From Bacteroidetes bacterium GWF2_43_63 (GTDB taxonomy: Bacteria; Bacteroidota; Bacteroidia; Bacteroidales; DTU049), in the NCBI GenBank assembly GCA_001769275.1, contig MEOQ01000015.1:8659-72658 (forward strand): 64,000 nucleotides of DNA. Reading direction: 5' to 3'. The stretch's first letter is position 1. Every line of letters starts with the position of its first letter. Below are positions 26,950 through 37,300 of this stretch, piece by piece. The notes under the pieces were generated by a model. It searched no databases and was not told the origin of the DNA. It saw only the letters and a program-made list of their open reading frames with translations. Made by a program: the position numbers and the translations under genes.

Positions 26950-29868
26950 CTAATCAACCACAAACCGCATTCTCTCAACTTCGCTTCCGGCGCACTCCAG
27001 AATATAGACTCCGCTCGAAATTCCGTTCAGCTGAATGATGAATTCCTTTTCAGTTGGAATGATTCTTTTCAGCTCTTGCCCCTGCATATTTATGATGCTG
27101 ATGTATTTTGGAATTTCGCTGTCAAAGCTGATTTGAACAAAGCCAGTGGCCGGATTGGGCCAGAGTCTGAAATGATTGTCACTTTCTTCGATTCCGGTTG
27201 TAATGCTGACATTATAAGTCGTCATCACGGTATCGCATGAATTTATCGCATAATGATTCACTGTGTATGAGCCTGCTGTTGCGTAATAATGGGCGGGATT
27301 GGCCTGTGATGAAGTTGATCCGTCGCCGAATTCCCAGAAAAGCGATGTCGCATTACTGTTGCTGCTTGTGAATTGAATAATGTTGCCGTTGACAGTCCAT
27401 GTGAAATCAACCGTAGGTAATGATGTTACAGACACAACAACGGTGTCGGTGTACACATCGCATGTGGAGCCAGTTACGAGTGCATAATAGGTTCCCGGAT
27501 TGCTGACTGAAATAGATTGAGTTGTTTCGCCATTTGGATACCAGTGGTAAGAATCGGCGCTGGCTGCAGATAGCGAGAGTGATTCTCCTGCACAAATGGT
27601 CTGTGCTCCGCTAAGATTCAGTAGATCACTGGGACCATTCACAACAACCGAAGCCGTTGATCGGGCGCTGGAGCAATAAGGCTGTACTTCCCAATCATAG
27701 AAAAAATAATAATATCCTGAGCCGGCACTACTGCCTGTAATCGAAATCGGTGATATTTCATATGGAAATGCTACACCATTATCATTGCGGTACAGGTTGG
27801 GACTTGCAGGCCCAGCCAGCTGATAGCCGCTGCCGGCCGGAATATCAAAATTCAGTGTGATACGACTGACTCCTGTTGTTGTAATGTTGACGGTTGTACT
27901 TTGAATTGGCGTTCCGGCACTGTTTCTTAATGAAATAGTACGATTTCCTGTGGTGCTGGCATTCACTTCAACCGAAACCAGTTTGCATGCTTCGGCAGCG
28001 TCAAATGTCAGATAATGTATTGGTGTTGATGTAAAAATTGAACCATTGGTATTTGAATTCTGATTTCCGCCATAAACCGATGTTCCGGCAATGTGAGAAT
28101 TCTGCACATAGAAATCAGTGCTGTTTGTCAGAATCGGCGTGGTAAAACTAGCTCCGGTAAACAAAAGGTTTCCGCCATACTGAGCATCGTACCATTCAAT
28201 GGTTCCTGTTCCCGTGGCTGAAATTGTTGCGGTCTGACCGCTGCAGATAGCCGCACCAGAAGCGGTCGGAGCTACCGGCAATCCAATTGTTACATACGAA
28301 GTGCGTATCAGACTGTCGGTCCCGAAAATATTCCACGATTTCAGCTTCACGGTATAAGTGCCATTTGTAGTATAATAATGAACCGGATTTTGCACTGTCG
28401 ATGTCTGGCCGTCGCCGAAGGTCCATACCCAGTTTGTAGGCGAATTGATGCTTTCATCATTGAAGTTTACAATGCCTGTGCAAGAGGATGTGACATCAGC
28501 TGTAAATGTTGTTGTCACTGCTCCGGCTGCAGAAGTGTAAAGATTTATACAGAGATCGTAATCGCGGGTTTCACCACTGCCGCAGGCATTCCAGGTGGTC
28601 GCATTCGAACTCACCCAGCATTTGCCGGTTTCGAGTGTTACGTTCGATGCAAAACCGGCATAGACTTCTTCTACCGGAATCGGGTAATTGTATCCGGGTG
28701 TGGTGTATTTTACTTTAATATAGATGTCGTCGCCCGACATTAACGCTACCGGCGTTGGCAATGCGAATGTGTAATATCCAGGCAAACTGCATGCTTTAAT
28801 GCCGATGGTATCAATCAGATTGCTCAATGTTGTTCCGTCAAAATCGGAATAAATTTCCATACTCACTGTTGAATTACCTGAGGCGATAAATGTTCCGATG
28901 GCTTTTACAATTGAATTGCCGGTCACACTGTATTTTATCAAACCATAACCAGTCGAGCCACCAAGACCAACATCATTTACTTCGCCGAATTTTGCGTAAG
29001 TCAACACTTTATCACCCGTTGAAAAATTGCGGAATCCAGGGAAATAAGCCACTTCGGAATTAATTTTAGAGTCATTGTAACTGCAATAAAAATAACCATT
29101 TTCGCCCCAACTTGTTCCCCAGCTGTTTTTCACAATCCATGCTCCAGTGCCGCCTGCAGTCACTTTTGTATCATCCCAGCCAACTAAAGTTACCGCATGA
29201 TTCGGAGCTTCCGTTCCGGAATAATAATAGGTATCGTTGGACGACAGATACGTATCGTTGCTGTAATACGAAGTATAAACCGCACCATGATCGTAAATTA
29301 TCTGTTTGATGAGTGCATCATTGGCAGAAACATAACGAACATCACTGATATATTTTATTGGATTGATGGTTGTCGGACAAGTCCCGGCAAAATCGTTGTA
29401 TGGATCCGACGCTTCTGTCATCATGCCGCCGCCGCGCGAAACATAGGCCGCAGAAATCATGGCGTTTCCGCCTTCGCAGGGTTCCCAATCGAAATCGTGG
29501 CAGTTATTGATATTGTCTTCAGACAGATCATAAGTGCCTTGTCCCTCGTGCAGCCAGTACGATTCGGTTGATGCACAGGTGGCAAAAGTCCAGCACGAGC
29601 CACATCCACCCTGATTTTTTACCGAGGTCACATAGCCGAGTGTGCGCAGATCATAAGTCACTGGCAATACCAGCGGGCCTTTGGTCGCTGTTGGATATTG
29701 TTTAGCCTGAAGATCGAGCACGGGAGGCAGGTAGCCGTATTGCGAAGAAGGACTTCCATCCTGAATATATTTAATATAGGCCGGATTAACCGGAGCTTTT
29801 TGTATTATTTGCGCTTGAAGCGATAAAGCCGCGATAGCTGTTGCAACAAAAAGTAAAACTGATTTCAT
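26950..29868 (-). CDS. Papain-family (C1) cysteine peptidase with PKD-like domains and a T9SS type A C-terminal sorting domain
   Basis: Signal peptide. Catalytic Cys context QGGCGSCWTFA, His context NHAVTLVGWD, and NSWGTSWGENGY. PKD-like FGDGQTS and FGDGSTS. The C-terminus is LWPNPATGFVQISF...GVYILE...RFVVD. Confidence 0.9.
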   Translation of the reverse strand: MKSVLLFVATAIAALSLQAQIIQKAPVNPAYIKYIQDGSPSSQYGYLPPVLDLQAKQYPTATKGPLVLPVTYDLRTLGYVTSVKNQGGCGSCWTFATCASTESYWLHEGQGTYDLSEDNINNCHDFDWEPCEGGNAMISAAYVSRGGGMMTEASDPYNDFAGTCPTTINPIKYISDVRYVSANDALIKQIIYDHGAVYTSYYSNDTYLSSNDTYYYSGTEAPNHAVTLVGWDDTKVTAGGTGAWIVKNSWGTSWGENGYFYCSYNDSKINSEVAYFPGFRNFSTGDKVLTYAKFGEVNDVGLGGSTGYGLIKYSVTGNSIVKAIGTFIASGNSTVSMEIYSDFDGTTLSNLIDTIGIKACSLPGYYTFALPTPVALMSGDDIYIKVKYTTPGYNYPIPVEEVYAGFASNVTLETGKCWVSSNATTWNACGSGETRDYDLCINLYTSAAGAVTTTFTADVTSSCTGIVNFNDESINSPTNWVWTFGDGQTSTVQNPVHYYTTNGTYTVKLKSWNIFGTDSLIRTSYVTIGLPVAPTASGAAICSGQTATISATGTGTIEWYDAQYGGNLLFTGASFTTPILTNSTDFYVQNSHIAGTSVYGGNQNSNTNGSIFTSTPIHYLTFDAAEACKLVSVEVNASTTGNRTISLRNSAGTPIQSTTVNITTTGVSRITLNFDIPAGSGYQLAGPASPNLYRNDNGVAFPYEISPISITGSSAGSGYYYFFYDWEVQPYCSSARSTASVVVNGPSDLLNLSGAQTICAGESLSLSAASADSYHWYPNGETTQSISVSNPGTYYALVTGSTCDVYTDTVVVSVTSLPTVDFTWTVNGNIIQFTSSNSNATSLFWEFGDGSTSSQANPAHYYATAGSYTVNHYAINSCDTVMTTYNVSITTGIEESDNHFRLWPNPATGFVQISFDSEIPKYISIINMQGQELKRIIPTEKEFIIQLNGISSGVYILECAGSEVERMRFVVD

Positions 29869-30082
29869 AGGGCGGTGATTGGTGATATTAAGACAACGAA
29901 AGCAAATATACGTTGCTTTAAGATTGTAAAAGTTTAAGGCAAAGGTTGAGGCTTATCCACTTTACCTCAACCTCAACCTTAACCTTTTTTTACGGGCTGC
30001 AGAAGGTCATGGAAGCACCTATAGATGAAATAAAGTTTTGTATATTAAAAATAATCCCGTACGTTTGTAAAAAAATATAGCT

Positions 30083-30358
30083 ATGGGAAAAGGAGATATG
30101 AAATCAAAACGCGGTAAAATTCACCGTGGCAGTTATGGTAAAACACGTCCGCGTCATGCTGAAAAGGTAGCGCCGGTTGCTAAAGAACTCGAAGAAAAAA
30201 AGAAAACTGCAAAGCCGAAAGAAAAAGCGGTTAAGCCTGTAGATGCTGTTGTCGAAGAACCCAAAGCAAAAAAAGCACCTGCAAAACCCAAAGCAAAAAA
30301 AGAAACCACGGATCAACCTGAATTGTTTGATGCTGGCGATGCTGCGAAAACAGAATAA
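30083..30358 (+). CDS. 30S ribosomal protein THX-like with a Lys/Ala/Pro-rich C-terminal extension
   Basis: The N-terminus MGKGDMKSKRGKIHRGSYGKTRPR matches the Bacteroidota THX signature as I recall it. The tail is KKKTAKPKEKAVKP...KAKKAPAKPKAKKE. Confidence 0.65.
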   Translation: MGKGDMKSKRGKIHRGSYGKTRPRHAEKVAPVAKELEEKKKTAKPKEKAVKPVDAVVEEPKAKKAPAKPKAKKETTDQPELFDAGDAAKTE

Positions 30359-30413
30359 CTTTCGCATTAGTTACGAAAATTAATTTGTTGAGTCGAATCA
30401 GTATCAGTCAAAT

Positions 30414-31349
30414 ATGATTTGTCCTTTTTGCGAAATTACAAAGCCGGATGATGTTTATGTCACGTCCGGCTTTCACTTTTTTTGTTGTACCGAATGCCAT
30501 TCGCTCTTCCGTTCCGATGCCGGTGTTGCGCTCGATCATCATTACGATGCAGAATATTATGGTGATAGCCCGAAGGAAAAATTCTGGCTGAAACCAGTCG
30601 TTTGGCTGCTCAACGCAGAGCGGGGAAGTCGCGCAAAATTTATTTCAAAGCGCATTTCAAAAAGTTCATCCGTAATCGACATCGGCTGCGGCAATGGCGC
30701 GCTGCTTAATCGTATTCATCAGCTATCGGGTGCAAAAGTCACCGGAGTCGAAATGGACAATGTGGCGGCCCAGCGTGCCCGCGATCGCGGCTGCATAGAA
30801 GTTTTTTCCGATTCCTTCGAAAAGGCACCGCTTGCAGAAGGTAGTTTCGATGCGGTAATCATGATCCATTCGTTTGAACATATTCCACAACCTGTTCCCA
30901 CACTAACAAACGCAGTTGCTTTGCTCAAGCCCGGCGGTATTTTCTACATAGCCATTCCAAACATCAATTCCATTCAATACGCTGTTTTTCGGAAACACTG
31001 GCTGCATCTTGATCCAGAGTTTCATTTGCATTTTATTTCGCGAAGGGAACTCATAAAGCTTGCATCTGAAGCTGGTTTGAAATTTATCAAGACGAAGCAT
31101 TTCAATCCAGTGCAAAATATTCCCGGCTTCATTCTCAGCGCCATGAATCTCGTCACCGGACGTCGTGATGTACTTTTCAATATGCTTCGAAATAAAAAGA
31201 AATTGCGCAATCCGCTGAACATTTTAGTGTTTATTTTCCTGATGCTTTTCGCCGCGTTTTTGCTGCCCTTTGCCATCATTGAAGAATGCATTTCCTGCCT
31301 CGCCGGCCGCGGCGCAACGGTGGATTACGTGTTTGAGAAGGGAATTTAA
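30414..31349 (+). CDS. Class I SAM-dependent methyltransferase with C-terminal TM helices
   Basis: Motif I is VIDIGCGNGALL, followed by DAVIMIHSFEHI and LKPGGIFYI. Confidence 0.8.
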   Translation: MICPFCEITKPDDVYVTSGFHFFCCTECHSLFRSDAGVALDHHYDAEYYGDSPKEKFWLKPVVWLLNAERGSRAKFISKRISKSSSVIDIGCGNGALLNRIHQLSGAKVTGVEMDNVAAQRARDRGCIEVFSDSFEKAPLAEGSFDAVIMIHSFEHIPQPVPTLTNAVALLKPGGIFYIAIPNINSIQYAVFRKHWLHLDPEFHLHFISRRELIKLASEAGLKFIKTKHFNPVQNIPGFILSAMNLVTGRRDVLFNMLRNKKKLRNPLNILVFIFLMLFAAFLLPFAIIEECISCLAGRGATVDYVFEKGI

Positions 31350-31505
31350 ATAGTCCTAAATCTACATTTAATTTTTTTACACCCGATCGGGTATAATCTT
31401 GCTAACTTTCAACGAAATACTACCTGTTCGGGTATAAAAATCCACATTAACACTGGTGCGGTCCCGATAGCTCGGGATGTAACAAGTGTCAGTGGTATTC
31501 CATGG

Positions 31506-31774
31506 CACAGATTACAAATCCGCGCCATAGTAATAATTATTTTTGGTCTTCGTGCCATAGTTGCAAATAGAATGGCGTTAATGCTTCGAAGGTTTTCGAG
31601 GAGATCCCGGGTCGCATGAACACAGAACAGCGAACAAGGAGGTGAGACTGTTGAAGTACCTTCACTTTAAACTTCACTTCTCACTTCAAACTTCCTTGTT
31701 CCATGTTCAATATTCGTTGTGCTTGCCTGGGAACTCAGTGGTAAACAATCACTGGCGCGGATTTGTAATCCGTG
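31506..31774. repeat. Inverted-repeat-bounded intergenic element (~269 bp)
   Basis: cacagattacaaatccgcgcca (31506-31527) pairs with tggcgcggatttgtaatccgtg (31753-31774), a 22-nt inverted repeat with one mismatch. Its interior carries caaacttccttgttccatgttcaatattc (31687-31715), which also occurs at 7881-7909. Confidence 0.7.
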
Positions 31775-31798
31775 ACAGGGATTACCTTAGTGGCAAAA

Positions 31799-33190
31799 CT
31801 ACTTCCCAATACAAAAGTTCCGGAATATCGAATCCAGCACATCTTCGTTAGACACTTCACCGGTCACAAGCCCGATCTGATGCAGCGCCTGATGCAGAAA
31901 GGTGGCCGTGAGATCTTGCGGCAAACCTTTATCAATATGCTCCACCGCCTGATTAAGCAAGTTGGCTATTGCGCTGAAAGCCTCATAATGCCTCACATTC
32001 GTGAGTACAATATCGGGCGTATTGGCCGAAACCGCAACAACTTCGTTGAGTTTTTCCATCAGGTCCCCGATATTCTCATCACGCTTGGCTGAAATAAAAA
32101 CGATATCGTATTCAAGTAGCTCGCGCAGATGTTTTGGCGCATTGACAAGCAAATCAATTTTATTGATTACAACAATCAGCTTCTTTTGATCGAAATCTTC
32201 GATACGATTTTTGAATTCCTCAATCCGGCTCTGAATGCGATCTTCTTCACAATCGACCGCATCAAAAAGCATTAAGATCACGGAAGCTTCTGATGCTTTT
32301 ACAAGTGTGCGCTCTACGCCGGCCGACTCGATCGAATCAGTCGTGGTGCGCAATCCGGCGGTATCAATAAAGCGGAATGTATTATTTCCAACAGTCAAAG
32401 TATCTTCCACATAATCACGCGTGGTACCCGGAATGTCGCTCACAATCGAACGTTCCTCGCGCAGGATTTTATTCAGCAGCGTCGATTTTCCAACATTCGG
32501 TTCACCGACAATGGCCACCGGAATTCCGTGTTTGAGCACATTGCCAGCCTTGAATGACTCAGCCAGAGAGGTTACTTCAGAAACCAACGTCGTGCATATT
32601 TCACGCAGGCGGCTGCGGTCGGCAAACTCAACATCTTCTTCCGAAAAGTCGATTTCGAGCTCCATCAGCGCGGTTAAATCTACCAGTTGTTTGCGGAGCT
32701 CGCTCAGTTTTTTTGAATAATCGCCGCGCATTTGTTTCACCGCTAGTTTGTGCGCGCTGCCTGTGCGACTGCGTATAACGTCATCGACTGCTTCGGCCTG
32801 AAGCAAATCCATTTTTCCGTTCACGAATGCACGGAGCGAGAATTCGCCGGGTTCGGCCATGCGGGCACCTTTTTCGATAAGCAGCTGCAGGAGCCGGTTT
32901 TGGATAAACAGCGAGCCATGACATGAAATCTCTGCAGCATCTTCGCCGGTATAGGATTCCGGATTCTTATAAAACACCACTACGGCATCGTCGAGCACAG
33001 AGCCATTGTCCAATATTTCACCGTAATAGCTGTGACGCATTTCGGGATAATGAGTCGCTTTTTTAACCGGACAAAAAATAGTTTCCAGCAGGTCGTGCGA
33101 CTTTGGTCCGCTCAGGCGAATAACAGCAATAGCGCCGGTTCCGGGTGGGGTAGCGATGGCGCAGATGGTATGGGATAGATTGGGAATCAT
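31799..33190 (-). CDS. mnmE: tRNA modification GTPase MnmE
   Basis: The N-terminus is TICAIATPPGTGAIAVIRLSG. The G-domain has GEPNVGKSTLLN and DTAGLR. The C-terminus ends in CIGK. I moved the start to ATG 33188-33190 because the upstream 25 codons derive from an A-rich low-complexity tract. Confidence 0.9.
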   Translation of the reverse strand: MIPNLSHTICAIATPPGTGAIAVIRLSGPKSHDLLETIFCPVKKATHYPEMRHSYYGEILDNGSVLDDAVVVFYKNPESYTGEDAAEISCHGSLFIQNRLLQLLIEKGARMAEPGEFSLRAFVNGKMDLLQAEAVDDVIRSRTGSAHKLAVKQMRGDYSKKLSELRKQLVDLTALMELEIDFSEEDVEFADRSRLREICTTLVSEVTSLAESFKAGNVLKHGIPVAIVGEPNVGKSTLLNKILREERSIVSDIPGTTRDYVEDTLTVGNNTFRFIDTAGLRTTTDSIESAGVERTLVKASEASVILMLFDAVDCEEDRIQSRIEEFKNRIEDFDQKKLIVVINKIDLLVNAPKHLRELLEYDIVFISAKRDENIGDLMEKLNEVVAVSANTPDIVLTNVRHYEAFSAIANLLNQAVEHIDKGLPQDLTATFLHQALHQIGLVTGEVSNEDVLDSIFRNFCIGK

Positions 33191-33609
33191 TGAACAAAGA
33201 TAAAAGATAAAAGACAAAAGATAAAAGGAAAATGATAAAAGGAAATAGCTCAAGGCATGGGGCATAGAGTATGGAGCTTCTTCTTCAACCTCTCTGCGTC
33301 GTGAAGCGACCTGTCACGATAGCTATCGTGAGCGTTGAAGAAGCATAAAGCACAACGCATCAGGTGCCGACCATGTCACGTCTTACGTGAAGGCGTAAAA
33401 GAAAGCTGCGACTTGTCACGTTTTACGTGAAGCACCATCGGATACTCCTCCGCCTCTTGCGGAGTAAACTCCGGAGTTAAACAATAATAGCCTCGGGCCC
33501 CGTCGCTGTCACATTGAGCCCTGCCTGCTGTCACACTGAGCCCCGCCGCTGTCATGCTGAGCGGAGTCGAAGTATGAACAGCGGGGTAAACTCCGTCGAA
33601 GTGTCAACT

Positions 33610-33780
33610 GCGGGATAAACTCCGCCCCAGGAACTAGAAGACGTGAAGCACCTTTGAAATTGTATGGTCACGCGTCAGGAGACGCGCGCCCAACGTAGGA
33701 GTTCGGCCACCATGGCAAAAAGATTAAGGATTAGAGATGGTAACGGACTCTTAAGCCCTAAACCTTTAAGCTTTTAAGCT
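33610..33780. repeat. Mosaic intergenic repeat block, copy 1 (direct repeat of 38876-39089)
   Basis: Shared string: gcgggataaactccgc...gaactagaagacg...tgaagcacctttga...ggtcacgcgtcaggagacgcgcgcccaacgtagg.gttcggccaccatggcaaaa...cttaagcc.taaa...aagct. Confidence 0.8.
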
Positions 33781-34306
33781 ATTATACCCGCTGAAACCAT
33801 TACATTCGTCTGAAATTCCATCCTGTTCAACGAGCAAAACAAATAAAATAAACGTAATGTGAAAAATGTTTTTGGTATGCAATAAGAGCTAATTAGTATT
33901 AATAAAAACCATATACAACTTTAATTTATTTGTGTTGCGACACGATTTTGTATGCGCAGAAAGCCACAATTATGCTTTTTGTTGAATTTGCGGTTTTGAC
34001 AAACTCTTTTTAATATAATCTCATGACCATTGTAAGCTCAAATGCAGTGTTGATGCGGGCTTGCAGATCGCTCTTCAAAATCACTTCAATGACATTTTTT
34101 TCGGACATAATTCAATGGTTTTCAACAAATTCAATGTAACGCGTTGATAATTAGTTGATAATTGCGTTGAAAAACCCGGGAAAATATCGATTCCAAGCGA
34201 TTTTGTTCCGACGAGACCTTATATTACTTTTGATTATCTGTTCTGATTAATTGCCTGGGGGGGCAAACAATCAAGTGTAAAACGATTTAATTATAAATCT
34301 CACTGT

Positions 34307-37300
34307 ATGAACAGAACCTTTACCTCCCAAAAACCAGCCACCGCGCTGAAATCTGTTTTTTTATTTTTTGTCTTTGCTGTCCTGATGGGGAATTTGGGGT
34401 GGGGGCAGTGTACGAATACTAGCCCTTATATTACAACTAATGCTCCTACATCAGGAACAGTAATCATTACAACTGTTCAGTATGAAAGCGAGTACAACAC
34501 GATTAACAGTGTTGCAGCATCGACGGTTTACATATCCGAAATCAATAACACAGGTGATTATATTACAGTTCGTCAGGGGAGTTTTGATGGCCCTCTCATC
34601 GCATTTGGAGCAACCCCTCTTACGTGGACATCAACTACTGCAGGCACATATTTCATTCATTACAATACCAACTCTTCATGTGGAACAGCATCAGTAAACA
34701 GAACAACAACACTGACATATGTTGGCCCAGCATGCTCAGCCACCATCGCCATTGGTTCAAACTCCGTAGCTGCTTCGAATATCTGCGCTGGCACCACAAA
34801 AGTCCCTTTGCAAAGTTTCAGTCTTGCGGTGGCTGCAGGGTGCAACGGAAATCTGACCAATGTTGGATTCACTACTACCGGCACCTATGTACAAGCAGAC
34901 ATTTCGAAATACCAATTATGGTATAATACAAGCAACAGTCTGGCTGGCGCCACACAGCTGGGACCAGACCTGGCATCGTCAGGCGGGGCTGCGGCGCGGA
35001 CATTTTCTGCATTTACAAGTCCGACACTGACTGCCGGATCGACGTATTATTTCTGGATAACAGCCGATATTGCTTCGGGCGCTGGCAATGGCAACACCAT
35101 TGCAATTAATGCCATTGCTACAGGAAATCTGACTTCTACCAGTACCAAAGCCGGAAGTACAACAGCTGGTGGCACTCAGACAATTATTGCTGCTCCAACG
35201 ACTGCTACGAATTCATCTACTCAAAGCATCTGTGGTGGAAGCGCCACTTTAGCAGGCAATTCACCAACTATTGGAAACGGTACATGGAGTGTTTTCAGCG
35301 GTCCAAGCACTTTATCGACGCAATTTGCAAACACAAGTGTTTATAATACAACGTTCACTCCAACCGGTGGCGATGGAAATTATGTAGTTCGCTGGACCAT
35401 CAGCAACTCTTGTTCATCCACTAGTGCCGATGCAACGGTAACGGTATCTTCTGTTGCTCCATCCTGTGCAACCCAGACCTCGCCCGCAAATGGAGCAACG
35501 GGTCAGCTGGTGCCGGGAGTAACCCTTACATGGAATGCTGTTTCCGGTGCAAGTGGTTACGATGTATTTCTTCAGGCCGGTACCAATCCGCCAACTACAC
35601 TTGAATCTTCCAATCAGGCCGGTACTTCATATTCAACAGGCCCTTTGAATCCGTCGACAACGTATTACTGGTATGTCGTTCCGCGCAACATCTGCGGTGC
35701 TGCATCGGGATGTAGTGCTTCTGCTTTTTCATTTATAACAGGCACATGCACCTCCGATATTTATGTAACAGCAACGGCCGGCACGCTAACAGGAAGTTAT
35801 ACAACACTGAAAGGCGCTTTTGATAAAATAAATGACGGCACTCATCAGGGAGTCATTACAATCAGTGTTGGCCGAAATACGACTGAAACAGCTACGGCAT
35901 TACTTAACAGAAGTACCGGAACAGCGCCATATTCATCGGTGCTGATTCAGCCTTGCGGCGGGTCCTATACAATTTCCGGTTCACTTTCAGGTGTTCCGGT
36001 CATTAACCTCAATGGCGCCGATAATGTCGCCATAGATGGCATAAATAGTGGCGGAAACATGCTTGCAATTGCAAATAGCAGCGCAACCGCCGGATCCAGC
36101 GCCATTCAGTTTATCAACGATGCAACCAGCAATATTGTGCGGAATTGTAATATTTATAGTTCCAATATCAGTACTTCGTCAGGTACAATTGTGTTCAGCA
36201 CTACTATTTACACCACCGGAAATGACAACAATACCATTGAGTACTGTAGTATTTACAATGGCACAACCGCACCTTACGTTGGGATTTATTCAAGCGGAAC
36301 AACCACTTCCAATGCGCATTACAACAGCAATAATACGATTTCGAATTGTAATATTTACAATTTTATTAATCCTACCGGGAATGATGGATACGACACACCT
36401 CCGGATGTTTGGCCACATGAATTTACCCCTGGGACTGATTTCGGAATTCGATTGATTGATGGTACAACAGCATGGACAATAAGCAATAATAGCTTATACA
36501 GGACCAATACAACCACTTCTTATAACCACACAAATTCAGCAACCCATTACGGAATTTTCATTTCCAATACATCAGGCGGCGGGTTTACGGTATCCGGAAA
36601 TTACATAGGTGGTGCGGCTGCAATGAACGGTGGTTCGTCATGGGGTCTGGGACCGACGACTAAAAACAGCAATTTCAGAGGAATTCATGTGAATACAAGT
36701 GCGACATTAGCATCCAACATTTCAAGCAATGTGGTTGATAATATTACGTTCACGACCAGTGCCGGAGGGACAAGCCAGGACTGTGTATTTGCAGGAATTA
36801 TGCTTAAAGGCCTGCATATAGCAAATAGTAATATCATTGGTACAGAAACGAAAGGTATTTCTGTAACCGGAACAGCCGGATACAGTGATATAAACGGCAT
36901 TTACTATTTTGATGAATCGGCATCAGTTCCCGCCACATTTACTTCGAATGACAATATAATCGGGAAAATCACCAATACCAATACAGGTGGTAATGCCTCA
37001 TTCTATGGTATACGCGCATATTCCTACACACATGCTATGAACTGGACATGTACCAACAATATTGTTGGTGGTGCTGCTGCCAATTCTATAACATGCACTG
37101 GTACTTCCGGAAATTGGGTACATGGAATTTTCTTTTCATGGGGAACGTCAGCCAATGTAACAGGCAATACTATACGTAATATAACAAATGATGAGGGTTC
37201 AATGAATGGTATAAAGGCGCAGCCTGATAACCTGAGTGGTATTACGGCCACTTATTTAATCAGTGGAAACACTATTCACAACCTGACATTGACTTCCGGA

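Noticed and set aside
29942-29990. A terminator-like hairpin (aaggttgagg ... cctcaacctt) followed by a T-run, in the region between the peptidase gene start and the THX-like gene.
   Set aside because: No co-oriented gene ends upstream of it, since both neighbours start here. The 3' arm is part of a cctcaa tandem, so the pairing may be incidental. I left it unannotated.
33191-33265. The N-terminal 25-codon extension of the mnmE ORF (MPHALSYFLLSFSFYLLSFIFYLCS).
   Set aside because: It derives from an A-rich low-complexity tract (aaagataaaag repeats). The conserved MnmE N-terminus begins at the internal Met (MIPNLSHTICAIATPPG).
33270-33790. Possible CRISPR array, suggested by many short repeated units in the intergenic regions.
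   Set aside because: The repeats are not regularly spaced, occur in both orientations, are heterogeneous in length and are not separated by unique spacers of constant size. No cas genes are present in the window.
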